DNA from: Octopus sinensis
Taxonomy: Eukaryota
Assembly (NCBI RefSeq): GCF_006345805.1
Contig: NC_043005.1
Coordinates: 32,178,001 to 32,242,000 of the forward strand
Length of the DNA: 64,000 bases
Direction: 5' to 3'
The translations under genes were made by a program, and so were the position numbers. Shown piece after piece: positions 51,701-63,578 of the stretch. Below the pieces are notes generated by a model that saw only the letters and a program-made list of their open reading frames with translations, did not search any database and had not been told where the DNA came from. Within the stretch, counting starts at the first letter, position 1. Each line of letters starts with the position of its first letter.

Positions 51701-54700
51701 TAGGTTTTAAAATAATCTCTATGTTACCCCAGAATCTAAGGTTATTCTTTCCATTAAAATAAATAAAAAGTTTGAAGCTAAATGCAAAACCTGAAATTTT
51801 CCTCTACTTAAGATTTCAAAGTTTAGAAATGTAAATTATTTGCCATTTGTCTTGTCAGACTACTTCAACGTTAGTCACATTAGGAAAATTTCTGACCCTT
51901 ACAGAATCACCAGAAAGATGTCCAGGTTAACATCAAAAGAAGTAAAAAGGTAATATTGGTAAGCTATGTCATTTAGTTAGTTTTTTTTCCCCACCCCCTC
52001 ATTAAGTAGTGAAAACAATACTGGTTTCTGTGATTGTATATATGAAATCACTTTATGTCCATTTTTTCTGTGCTTGTATAGGGGTAGTCTTTACTGAAAG
52101 CACATGAAAGATGTGATTCGGCTAAACAAGAAGAGAGTGGGTGGCTGCATATTTTTAACAAATTCTCAACTTTTAATTTAGCTGGCTACTAAGCCAGCCG
52201 AATGAGGACAACTAAATCAGAAAACCAAAAGTATCTACATAATGCTAAAATGTTATTTCTCACTTCAATTAGCAACAAAATTGGATTATTGTGGTGGTAG
52301 GATTATAATTGTTTAATTTATTTTGCTGGGTTGGCAGAATCATTAGTCAGATTGAAAATTTGGAATATGGTAACCTTCCTGCTATTAAAGCTTAAACCAA
52401 ATTACTTCAGTAGACATAAGCAGCAGGAGTGAAACTCAATTAGACATGTAAGCTGTAATTGCTCTCTGATACAGATTTTTACATGATTAATCGAGTTGTA
52501 TTGTTTAATAAACAATTCTGCTGAAGTAAGTTATAGAATGGGGTTAAAAAAAAGTTAGGATTCTTTACAAAACATGTTACTTTGGAGCCTTAAAGAGAGA
52601 AGAAAAAAGATTTATGGTATTTCAGGAATAAAAACCAAAAACAGGATTCCAAGTAGGAATCAAAATAATCTAGACTCCAGACTGGGCTTTCTTTGACCTT
52701 ACTTTGACCCTAACGTTATTTAAAGAAACACAAATTAATAAATAATTTGGAACTGTAAGAATAAAGCTGATACAGAAATGAAGTGATTTGAAGAAACAAA
52801 AGAAAAATAAAGGAAAAACTATTGTTGCAAAAATAGGTGAGGATTTTAATTGGTTATAAATGAAGTGAAATAAAGAAAAAAAATTAAAGGTCTTAAAAAT
52901 AAGAAAAAAAAAGATATTTGAATAACATTTTTCTAAGTTAAGCATCATTTTTTTTTTTAAAGTTGGAAGGTAACAAGTGTTTTAGTCATTTAACACTCAG
53001 CAGATGAGAGATTCTTACTAGACCTGACTGCAAAAAGAAGAAAAAAAGAAAAGGATCAACCAAATGAAAAGAAAGCAAGGAGGAATAACTTTAGTAACAA
53101 TACCAGTATTAAAAGATAACAAAAGAAATTTAAATGGTACACAACATTGTCAGGAGGGCAGGAGTTGTCAAGATGAGTTTAACAACAGAAAAAAAAGGAA
53201 CAAAGAAACGAACAAAGAAACTTTGTAGCAACAATAAAAATATAAATAAAAGTATGCAGCCAGGACTGGTAAAAATATTGTGGTAGAGGAGGTGGTGATG
53301 AGGTTAAGTTTAATCAAAGTAAAATTAAATGTGACAGCTAAGACAGCAACCTCTTATAGACACACACACACAAGCAGATTTAGAATTTATTACTCAGTAA
53401 GTAAGCTGACTTACTAAAACTGAGATTGTAGAACAGAACAAAAGATATTCTATGAGCTTTGATATTATATATATATTTATTTGTAGCAGGCAAGGCAACT
53501 TGATTGGCCAATACTGAAACAAATTCAACATACTTGATAGCCTGATCCGTACTCCAGAGGTTGGCAGTTACGACTATCACATACACACACACACAATAAA
53601 TAACAAAATGAATATATAGCAAAGCAAAAGAAGGGATTAGCCTGGCATTGTTCCTTTCTTTTGCAAAATCTTCCCCTTATATATACATATCTATATGTAT
53701 TTTGTTAATAAACCATTTGATGAGAACAACAATAACAAAACTGTTTTTTTTTGTTTTTTAAGTGGAGGCATAATTGATTGAATTGACGAGGCACCATGGT
53801 ACCTGATAATGATTTCTTTTGGCTTGGAGCCAATCCTACTTTGAGATGAAGAATTGGCTCCAGTATATAACTCATTTCAGTGACCCCTGTAGGGTTAGGA
53901 CTCAGGATATTGAAGAGATGAATAAATACTGCAATGCATTTAGTCAAGTGCTCGGCTACTTTACTGGTTGACAATGATAACAGTTGGAGACTGGCACAAG
54001 GCCAATTTCTAAGTGAGGAGGATGAGGAATATAGTTGATGGCATCAACCCTTATAGATTACATTAACCCAAATAGAATGAAAGGCTAAGTTGACTCCAGC
54101 AGGATTTGAACTCAGCATGTAAACAGGACTAAACACAGCAACGCCTTTGTCTAGTGCTCTGCTTTTGTCAATCCATCACCCAGTGGCTGATTTCTCACAT
54201 TGGCACAAGGAGGGGAACAAATAAAGTGATCACAGTGAACTGCTGATACTTATTTTGTCAAGAGGGATGAAAGATAAAGTTAACCAGCCAGGATTTGAAC
54301 CTAAAAACTGAAGGCTCCCAGCTATATACTGTAAATCATCTAAGCAATCTAATTCTAAATCTACATCAGGTTTGGTGGTGGGATGGCGGTGGTCACATAA
54401 ATTAACCTGTTTTTGTTTTATTTGATCTTGATGATATGAAAGACATAGCTGATCATAGCAGAATTTGAACTCAGAACATTAATAGAAGTGGCATTAAAAT
54501 GCCTTTCTCAACAATTTTGTAAAATGTCTGTAGTAAGATATAGAATGTGAAACCCTTGTTAGGTGGGAGCCAGTTACCTTTATCCGGACAATCTCAGATT
54601 CTTAGAGTTTCCTCCTGTTCAATTGGTCCCATGAAATAACAAAGCTCCCACCAATATTTGAAAGTCGGAACAGTCTGGGTCCCATCCCAGTATTAATATC

Positions 54701-57331
54701 AAGACTGTTGGAAGGCTATAAAAACAAAAGTTGGGTGTCGTTGTGAGGGTGACGTATGAAACAAAGAACACTGTGTCCAGATGGTGAAAAAACAATATTT
54801 CCTTTTCCTTCCAAAGTGTGATGGTCAATGGTGAACTTAGAAACAGAAATATCATCCATCAATAGGGTAATTAATCCTGACTTGGAGGTGAGGAAATACA
54901 GGATAGAAGAATGCTTTTACCCAAAGCTATTTAGCAATGTAAGTGGAGGAGAGATAACTGGGAATTACTTACAGTGCTCATTCGCTTGCAAGAATAGAAT
55001 ACAAAGAGATAAAGGTTCAATAGTTATCTGTGAAAGATGGCAAACTTAGAGGCTCAGATGAAGCAAGATACACAACAGTCCACATTGTTCAGAACACACC
55101 ATCTTAAACATTCCAGGCACAAGTTAATAATTTTTTTTTTCTGGGTCTTTTTCTTTCTTCCTTTTTTTTTAATAAATAAACATATTGAAAACTATAACAT
55201 TGGCAGGAAAAGTGAGTGAATATGTGAGAGAGAAAACAAGAAATTCAGAGATAGGAGGAGCAAGAAGATGAAAGGAAAATAGGAGGGAGGAGGGGTAAAA
55301 TAACAATATTTTATATCAACATGACTACAGCAATAATACAGTCATGGAAACCAGCAGTAGTAAACTTGTTTTAATTGAAAATACTTTCCAAAATTAATCC
55401 ATAAAAATAAAAGGACCAAAAACAAAGCTTACTAGACAAACATACTTGCACTGACATTACATGGAAGTCTTCCAACCCCATAAAAACCAGTGCTAGCACA
55501 CACACACACACACACACTCACTCACACACACACACTCCCAAGTGTTGCATGTGGCCAACAGTAGAATACTGGGCTGCATCATATCTAAATTCAGTTTTTC
55601 TCTTCAAATTTTGGTGAAACCAACTTAACAGTAATATCCAGGGGGGTGGGGCTCAACTGACAATATATGTCTACATTACAAAGAAAATGGCCTTGAGATA
55701 TAATAAAATATACTTTTTATCGATATAAAAACATTCAGAGTGTGCTAAGTACACTGGTTATGAACATGTGTAGAAGTTAGTCAATACATTAATGTGTGGA
55801 ATAGTGAGGCCATAGCACTAATAGTTTTTAATAAGCTGAAGTATGAACCTGTGAGACTAAGTTCCACATGCATGCATACACACAGGGAAAAGAGGAAGGA
55901 GCTCTAAGGAACAAGAATTTAATTATATTTCTGATTTCTGTAATTTTGTTTAAAACTTTACAATTGTTAAAGTAGATATTTTCATGAACTAAAACAGAAT
56001 TTCATGAAGATTATTTAAATTCGTTTTAGGTTTAGAAAGAAAAGTCCCCCCCACCCAACCAAATCATTTTAAATAGAGCTCAAATTACACTTAAAAGAAA
56101 CTAAAATTCTAGTGTAAGGCATCACCTATTTTACTGATTAATTTTTCAAAAAAGTATATAAACAAATCTTATTAATTTCAATTGTGTGTGGTTTATATAT
56201 ATTATACATATTTGTAACTGTAGAGAACACGGTTTCTTTCAAACATGTAGTGAAAGACAAATGTGTTTGAATAACAATTTTTATTAAAGATATTTTTCAT
56301 ATTTCCTTATTTGTCCTTTATGTTAAGTTAACAGTAGTTGTCCTAAGTTCATTACCATTGACCCTCTTGACCACATCTTCTGAAGTGATGATAGTAGGCA
56401 ACAAGTAATTGTGAAATGATGTATCAGATAAATTCACAGTACTTGATTTAAAATTGCTTAGCAGTTAACTCCAGGTTACTTTCATATTATATTCTGTATG
56501 TGCTATATGTTATCGATTTTTGGTTTGAGGCACAGGTATGACTGTGTGGTTAAGAAGCTTGCTTCCCAACCACTTGGTTCTAGGATCAGTTCCACTGCAT
56601 GGTAGCACCTAGGACAAATGTCTACTACAGCCTCAGTGGATTTGGTAGATGGAAACTGAAAGAAGCCCTTTGTGTATATGTGTGACTGTCTCGACATCAT
56701 GTGATTGTTGTAAATGAGAGCCACCATCACACAAGTGGTGTCCTTTGTTTCCAAATTTCTGTGCAAACATTACCTCACTTGGAAACAGGTGAAGGTTCAT
56801 AACAGGAAGAGTATCTGGCTGTAGAAAATTTGCTTCAACAAATTCTGTCCAACCCATTCATGTATAGAAAAGTGGATGTTAAAACGATACTTTTGGTAGC
56901 AATCATTTCATAGCTAATCCACTAAAAAAAAATCTATTTAAGATGTTTGTAGTATTAACTAATGGTTTCCAGTTTGATTTTATTTGTATTGTGTATTGCA
57001 GTAGTAGCAGCTTCTTATAAATGTATGGCCAACTGATGACTAAATGTTGTATACCTGTTTAATTATAACACAGACACACACAGACACCATCATTTAATAT
57101 TTATGTTTCCATGTGTCAGATGGAGTTTGTTGAGGCAGGTTTTCTATGGCTGGATACTTTTCCTCTTGCCAACCCTTGCCTGTTTCTAGATAATATTTCT
57201 CATGACCAGACATGTTTTTCCACATAAGACTGAAAACTAACAACATTGCTTATATGACAATGACACTTATTTACAAATATCACATGACAGGGTACACCAA
57301 CCCACATACTTGTCATACATATAAATGTATA

Positions 57332-58213
57332 TATATCATTTAATGTACACAGTATAAAGACATGAGCTACTAATAGTTTGTTTGGAGACATGGGTGTAGG
57401 CAGGTTTTTATAACACCTTGTATATCTGAGCACATGGTTTGGTCAATCTGCAGATCAGGACACTGGTACAAGAGAAATCACGAAGAAATAGAATGAGAAA
57501 AAGGTAGATGTAAAAAGTTGAAAAAGAAAAATTCCATCTGATTATGCGAATGTGATTTCAAAAAATGTTATGCAAACCACCAATCTTCTTTCTGGCAACA
57601 TCAACAAAAGTAAAGCCACTCAGTTGGTTAGCCATGAATAGTGTTTGAAGACCAACTGCACACTATGTATAATCAAGTGGAGAATTGTGCAGAAATCTGC
57701 ACAATATGTTAATGGATCTAACAAATGTAAATTATGTGTAGCTGAAAGATTACATTTTCTTTTTTAGATCTAAAAATTCCATCACACTGAATTCCAGATG
57801 CAAACACGAATAAATTTCTTTGGGTGAACTGGAGGACACCACTCTCTCTGAATTGAGCAGCTGCCTTGCAGACTTTGGACCCTTCTCTGTTGAATTATTC
57901 TACAATTAGTAGCTTTATTATAGGTTTACTTGCAGACTTTGGACCTTTCTCTGTTGAATTATTCTACAATTAGTAGCTTTATTATAGGCTTACTCACGAA
58001 GGGGACATAACTAATTTTCCTTTTGGTTTCTATTCACCCTTCCACTTTTTGTATCTACCTTCTTGTGATTTCTCTTGTACCAGCTTCCTGATTTGCAAAT
58101 TGAATAGTGAATAGATCACGTGCTTGGAGACAAGGTATGTTATAAAAACCTGCGTCTCCAATCAAGAAACTATTAGTAGCTTGTATCTTTATACTGTGTG
58201 CATTAAATGATAT
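57332..58213 (+). mobile_element. Penelope-like element 3' end (post-GIY-YIG region) flanked by ~200 bp inverted repeats
   Basis: WRIVQKSAQYVNGSNKCKLCVAERLH..NSRCKHE resembles the Penelope C-terminus. Arms ~57332-57535 and 58040-58213; internal 64-bp tandem duplication at ~57868-57995. Confidence 0.75.
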
Positions 58214-59088
58214 CTCTCACTGGTTGAAGTACTTTTTCTGTCGATCTATATATACATACATACACACATACATACATACGTATATATATATACACACACG
58301 AGATGAAATAATAGTCAATAACCTGTTGGGATGCTACTGAAAGTGTTTAGAATGTCACTCCTAGCAGCTAGTGACTATGGCCAAACTTACAAATTTCATG
58401 AGAACTATGTAAAGCACAATGGCTACAGCTGTTAATTGAAATAATGTGGCATACTATGAAGTTACAACTGTATTCAAGAAGTAAACAAATGCACTTACAT
58501 ACAAGCATGCATGCACATGCACACACACTAATCAAAGAAACGAGTGTGCATAAAGTAATGAAGCCCTTGTCTTGTCTATCTTCCATACCTATTACATGCC
58601 TAAATACCCACTGCAAATAAAAGCCAGCTGGAAAAAAAAAAAAAAAGATGTATTGTTGGTCTCAGAGAGGTATGAAGGAATGAAGATAAATGAGTAAGGG
58701 ATAGACTGATAGAGGAATCTGATGTGTTTATGTGTGATTTGCAGATATATGTAGATGAAGAGATGACAAATTATAGCTACCTACCACCCCTGTGTGCACC
58801 CCACTACTAAATTATTTTGCCCCACTTCCAAAGCCCCTCCCCTACCTGCCAGAGTCAACACACACACACACACACTCACACACACCTAAGTTCAAGTTAA
58901 ATTTAACAATACCAACAATCCAACTTGTCGGCTGTTGCAAAACAGAGAAAGCAAAAGGATTAAGAGACAAAACAGTAATAAAAAGAAATTTAAACTATTG
59001 AGAGAGATGAGGAGAAAGAGAGAGAGAAAGAGAAAGGGAGGGGAGAGAGAGAGAGAGGGAGAGAAAGAGAGAGAAAAGGAGAGAAATA

Positions 59089-59190
59089 TCAATGTCTATT
59101 GCCATAATAGTGCTGCCACACTTCTTGGATCTTGGTCACCCATTCCTGAGCATGTGACATTGGGTCCTCTAAGTAATAAGTGCGGTTTGG
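59089..59190 (-). CDS. PDPK1: PDK1 PH domain, terminal coding exon (PNRTYYLEDPMSHAQEWVTKIQEVWQHYYGNRH*)
   Basis: ccag| acceptor; PNRTYYL.DP..A..W..KIQEVW matches the PDPK1 C-terminus; TGA at 59091-59089. Confidence 0.95.
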   Translation of the reverse strand, partial: PNRTYYLEDPMSHAQEWVTKIQEVWQHYYGNRH

Positions 59191-60212
59191 CTGGAAAGAG
59201 ATAATGGAAACAGCAGAACAAGTTAAAAAGATGTAAAATGTAATCATGTATGGAGATGATAACAATATTAAGTTTTTAATAAGTCTCAATTTTTGGCACA
59301 AGGCCAACAATTTTGAGGAGAGGTGTTAATTGATTACATCAACCCCAGTGGTTAACTGGTAATTTATTCCATTGAGCCTATAAGGACAGAAGGTAAAGTT
59401 GATCATGGCAAAATTTGAACTTAGAACATAAAGAGTTGGAAGAAATCCCATTAATGACTTGTACTAATTTTATCAACACCACAAAATTCAGAAAAAGTTA
59501 AGCTGAATTTCAACTAAAAACATAAGGTGTACCTAAACACTATACATTTTTTTTTTTTTGGTTCTCTGCCAATTCTGTCATGCACTGGAATTGAAAATGG
59601 CAAATGATTTTACAATGCCATCAACCACAAATTTTGAGGTGAAAATGCAATCAAACAGACCCAGTATATAACTGGCAAATCTGACCAATCCTGAAGGATG
59701 AAAAGGTAAACTTAACCTTGATAAGTTCCGTAATGAGAATATAAAGAATTTTGCTCAGCACTACAAATTCTGTATTTAGCATAGAATGAGCTGAAATGAA
59801 TTAAGTCCTTAATGTTTTTGTTGAAGATAGAGAATTTAGTTAAATAACTGTCATTATTACCTTGTTTGGAATGTTAACACAAAATCTTGATGAAATTTTA
59901 ATTTAAAACAGGAAGTTTGTATCAGAATCAGGAGCAGTCTTAGGCTGATTATTATCAAAAAGGTTAACTAATTCTTATTTTACCAACCCTGGAGGTATGG
60001 AAGCAATGTTGGCCCAATTGTATTTGAGAAAAGATGAGACTGAAGCCACTAAGTCTAATGTTATTTCCTACAATATAATTTTCAGAATCTGACGAAGTTG
60101 TGAAACGTAATTTATGAAAATGGCGGCCCAAAGTAAAATTATTTGAGAGAACAATAAGGAAACACACATAGTTGATATCACAAGCAAAACCAATTGATTA
60201 AAATCTACTTAC

Positions 60213-60267
60213 TGTATGTACAAAATAGATCTTGAAGTTTTTAGCTTCTGGTTTTAATTCTTCTGAC
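60213..60267 (-). CDS. PDPK1: PDK1 PH domain exon (W)SEELKPEAKNFKIYFVHT
   Basis: tag| acceptor, |GTAAGT donor, 55 nt; phases fit both neighbours. Missed by the ORF track. Confidence 0.94.
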
Positions 60268-61114
60268 CTAGATATAAAGGATTATAAATTAGTAATTAAT
60301 GATGCGAGCTTCAATTGCAGATGAAGACAAATAAGAAAAAACTGAATAAGCACAAAACTGAAGTGCATGTATAAGTGTACGTAAGACACCACATGGTCAC
60401 ACCTCAAGTGCACAGGTAATAGGCATAAGGCACATAATGGATTTTTTAATATTTTGAGTAACATTAGTCTGTAATGTTGCTGTGGTGATTCTTATTTAGC
60501 TTACTAATTTTTTATTTTTACAAACTAGAAGAGATAGGATGATAACTTTTTGGAGATGTGATTAATTTTACAGCTTCCTTACTTCAAAGAAGTTGAGCTA
60601 ACAGTCGTTCTGTCAGTCAGCCAATCCTAGTTTAATATGAACTCTTAACCATATGCTCATTTCAGTGGTTTACCAACTTAACCCAGTAAGTCTGACTGAG
60701 TACAGTAGTTATCAAGAAACTTTACAGATTATGCCACCTTTCTATGTCTGGTACAGGTTAGCTGGAGAGAGCTAATACTATTTCAAGCTGTATACCAAAA
60801 GAAGTGGTACTGCAAATGAACAAAACATCCAAATAAGTAATTGTTCTCTTCACACTAGGAGAACAGGATTGTCCTGGTATGCCATACTGTGCTAATATAT
60901 AAACTTACAAACTCAATTTTGCAAGGGTATTCAGCAATAAAGATAACCATTGAAAGAGTGCTCCAACTTCCAAATAAAATAGAGAATATCATGGTTCATC
61001 CAACTAGGAATTGAAACTAGATTGTAGGTTATTTCCCCTACAGATCTACTCAACCACATCTGCTACACATGTTAAAAGTAATAAAGGAAAAATTCTTGCA
61101 GTAACATGACCTAC

Positions 61115-61212
61115 CATGGTATTTCTCCTTTAAGGACTTTATTTACAGGGTCTACATAGTATAGATGAGGTCCTTCAGTTAATAACAGCATTCTTCTTCG
61201 AGCAAAAAGACC
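61115..61212 (-). CDS. PDPK1: PDK1 PH domain exon [32 protein letters not shown](W)
   Basis: cag| acceptor, TG|GTAGGT donor, 98 nt; nearly identical to the vertebrate PDPK1 PH sequence as recalled. Confidence 0.96.
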
Positions 61213-61399
61213 CTGTAAGCAAAATGTGTGAGTACATGTATACACATAAATAAATACAGAATACACTTGAAGATTTCAGTCTTCAATCCACAGAGATAGA
61301 TTTGGGCAAAGTGCAAAAAGAGTGAAAATATTAGACTTCTTAGATACAAACATATGTATGCTTTAGATACTGTGTGTGTGAGAGGGTATGTGCAAAGTG

Positions 61400-62105
61400 C
61401 AGCCACTTGGCACAGATTGACCTTGAACTAAATTTTAACATTCTACCTCACTTTTGCTGTTTACAGCAGTGCTTGGAAGTAACGTGTAGCATGTGTTAGT
61501 AGCACTGACCATGACAAGGAGAGTTGAGAAGACAATTTGCATCAAATTTTGCCAAAAGCTTGGTGATAACCTGATCAGAGGCCTACACAAAGTTTTCACC
61601 ATTCTTGACACAATCAAGGAGAGTTTATGCAACTGAAACCTGTGAGTCTTTTTGATCAGCTGAAAGTAGTTTGGGTACAAACTTGGCAGACATGCGTCTC
61701 ATACTCAAATCTTCAGTGATACTGAACTGAACTGTAACTAATCTGCACATCCTCTGATAACTCACGGATGGTGATTCGATGATTTCCCCTCACATCTGCG
61801 ATGTTTTTCTCAGTTTTGCTGGTTTTAGGTCTGCCAGAACGTTTGTTACTATCAACATTTTTTCAGCCATCTTGGAAACGTCTGAATCATTCATACACTT
61901 GTGTGCAGCTCATATACTCCTCTTCATATACTTTCTGCAGCTTTGCATAGACCTCTGAGCAGGTATTGCCATAACAACTTTCTCTGTCATGGTCAATGCG
62001 ATGATCACATTACAACGAAGCACTGTGAAAGTGAGCTAGAACATTAAACATAGTGCACATGCACAGTAGAGGTCAAGGACAATCTGTGCCAAGCAGCTTC
62101 ACTGT
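61400..62105. mobile_element. Two mariner 5' ends in head-to-head inverted arrangement
   Basis: Both arms carry cttggcacagatt.accttga..cagtgctt..gaccatgaca. Plus arm reads ICIKFCQKLGD; minus arm reads VYEWFRRFQDG..KRSGRPKTS..HRITIRELSE. Confidence 0.7.
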
Positions 62106-62266
62106 GTGCTTTAGCATTGTTATAGAGGCAACAGGCCGGATATTTATTGATTAGTCCTCATATATATATATATAATCCTTTTATGTCTGTTTTCCATGCT
62201 GATAAGGGTTGGATGGTTTGACCAGAGCTGGCAGCCAAAGAGCTGCACCAGGTTCCAGTTTGATTT

Positions 62267-62425
62267 GTATGTATGCTCCAGATATAGATGTGCGCGCATG
62301 CCTGTACGCCCCAGATACAGAAGTGTGTGCACACCTATATGCCCCAGATACAGACACACATGCACGTTTGTATGCCTCAGATACAAACATATGCATGTCT
62401 GTATGCCCCAGATACAAACATAATG
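62267..62425. repeat. ~32 bp minisatellite, ~5 units (tgtatgccccagatacaracacatgca..)
   Basis: Direct reading. Confidence 0.85.
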
Positions 62426-62548
62426 CATGTATGCACACAAATACATATGAGTATATTAATACTTGTGGGCATAAGTATGATGTATGGTCATAGAAAATAT
62501 TTTAAGAGAAAAATCTATATCAGTAAGACTAGTTTTGTAAAAACTTAC

Positions 62549-62663
62549 CTTACGCTTATCTACTAAGCCTTGTTTCAAAATGAGATTGCCTTCAACAAAT
62601 TTGTGAAAATCATTTTCTCGGGCCTGTTTTTCGAGCAATTCTTTCCGTTGATCTTCAGTAATC
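62549..62663 (-). CDS. PDPK1: PDK1 exon at the start of the PH domain (ITEDQRKELLEKQARENDFHKFVEGNLILKQGLVDKRK)
   Basis: tgtag| acceptor, AAG|GTAAGT donor, 115 nt; LLEKQ...H.FVE.NLILK.G.VDKRK motif. Kinase-domain exons lie beyond the right edge. Confidence 0.95.
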
Positions 62664-62831
62664 CTACAATGAAAAACAACCATCTTCCATAAATGGCACA
62701 AAACAATGTATATTTCATTTATCATGTTTTTTTTTTATCATTATTCTACTAGCTGCTGCTAACTAATGAATGTATAAAGTGCAGTAAAAGGGTAGTGAAC
62801 TTCTAAATAGAGGAACCTTAAATTTTTTTAA

Positions 62832-63028
62832 CCCTTTAGCTTTTAAACTTGCCATATCTGGCCCAAATATTCTGCCCATTTTATTTTTAAACTGGCCAGA
62901 TCTGGCCTCTCACACCTATTAATATCATTCTAAAAATAAACAATCACTGAAAATTCAAAGATAATTAATTCAAACAATAAGAATAAATAACGTATAACAT
63001 TTGACAGAATAATCTGAATGCTAAAGGG
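62832..63028. mobile_element. piggyBac-like MITE
   Basis: TTAA|CCCTTTAGC ... GCTAAAGGG|CTAA; body shared with the arms at 48372-48645. Confidence 0.85.
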
Positions 63029-63384
63029 CTAATAGCTTCAACTTGTGACATGGAATTGCTCTCCTCATTAACAAATGCTTCCTGCACAACTGATCAGGGA
63101 TTGAGTTACATAAAATGCAATCCAGCTTTGTGACCAGAAGAGGTAGTATTGATGCAATCGTAGTCTTTTTTGTCACCAATAGAAGTAACTGTTCCTTGAA
63201 TTTTCCTTACTATGTTCTTACTTGGAGTATACTTTCAGAGCATCCTCTTCCATTACTAATTTGAGTACCTAAGAAACAAGCTGCTATCAACCACCTCTAG
63301 GAATACAATTCTACATTTAAGAGATGAGGAATTATGTACATTATTTACATTCGACAGATATTTGTCCTCATCTTGTTTTCTGTT

Positions 63385-63430
63385 AACACAACGTTTCAGC
63401 TGATACACCCTCCAGCCTTCTTCAGGTGTC
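63385..63430 (-). ncRNA. Minimal type I hammerhead ribozyme motif (Penelope type)
   Basis: Minus strand: GACAC-CTGAAGA-AGGCTG(GAGGGTGTAT)CAGCT-GAAA-CG-TT-GTGTT. It has helix I GACAC/GTGTT, core CUGANGA, helix II, GAAA and a palindromic AACGTT helix III region. Activity untested. Confidence 0.75.
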
Positions 63431-63494
63431 TTGGGGAAATTTCGAACCTGGGTTCTCATTCCTAAGGTATTTTTTGATATCATTATTATTATTG

Positions 63495-63570
63495 TTCAGG
63501 TCACTGCTTCGATTCAAACTGGGAATCTTGGGGTTAGTAGCCCGCGTTCTTAACCACTACGCCATATGCC
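63495..63570 (-). mobile_element. tRNA-derived (Pol III A/B-box) head upstream of the hammerhead
   Basis: GGCATATGGCGTAGTGGTTAAGAACGCGGGCTACTAACCCCAAGATTCCCAGTTTGAATC: A box, anticodon-like loop, degenerate B box; acceptor stem does not close. Confidence 0.75.
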
Positions 63571-63578
63571 TGTGGGCA

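Noticed and set aside
57990-58035. Second hammerhead in the Penelope fragment (CTCACGA-AGGGGA..TTCCT)
   Set aside because: Core deviates from CUGANGA and GAAA is missing; at most a dead remnant.
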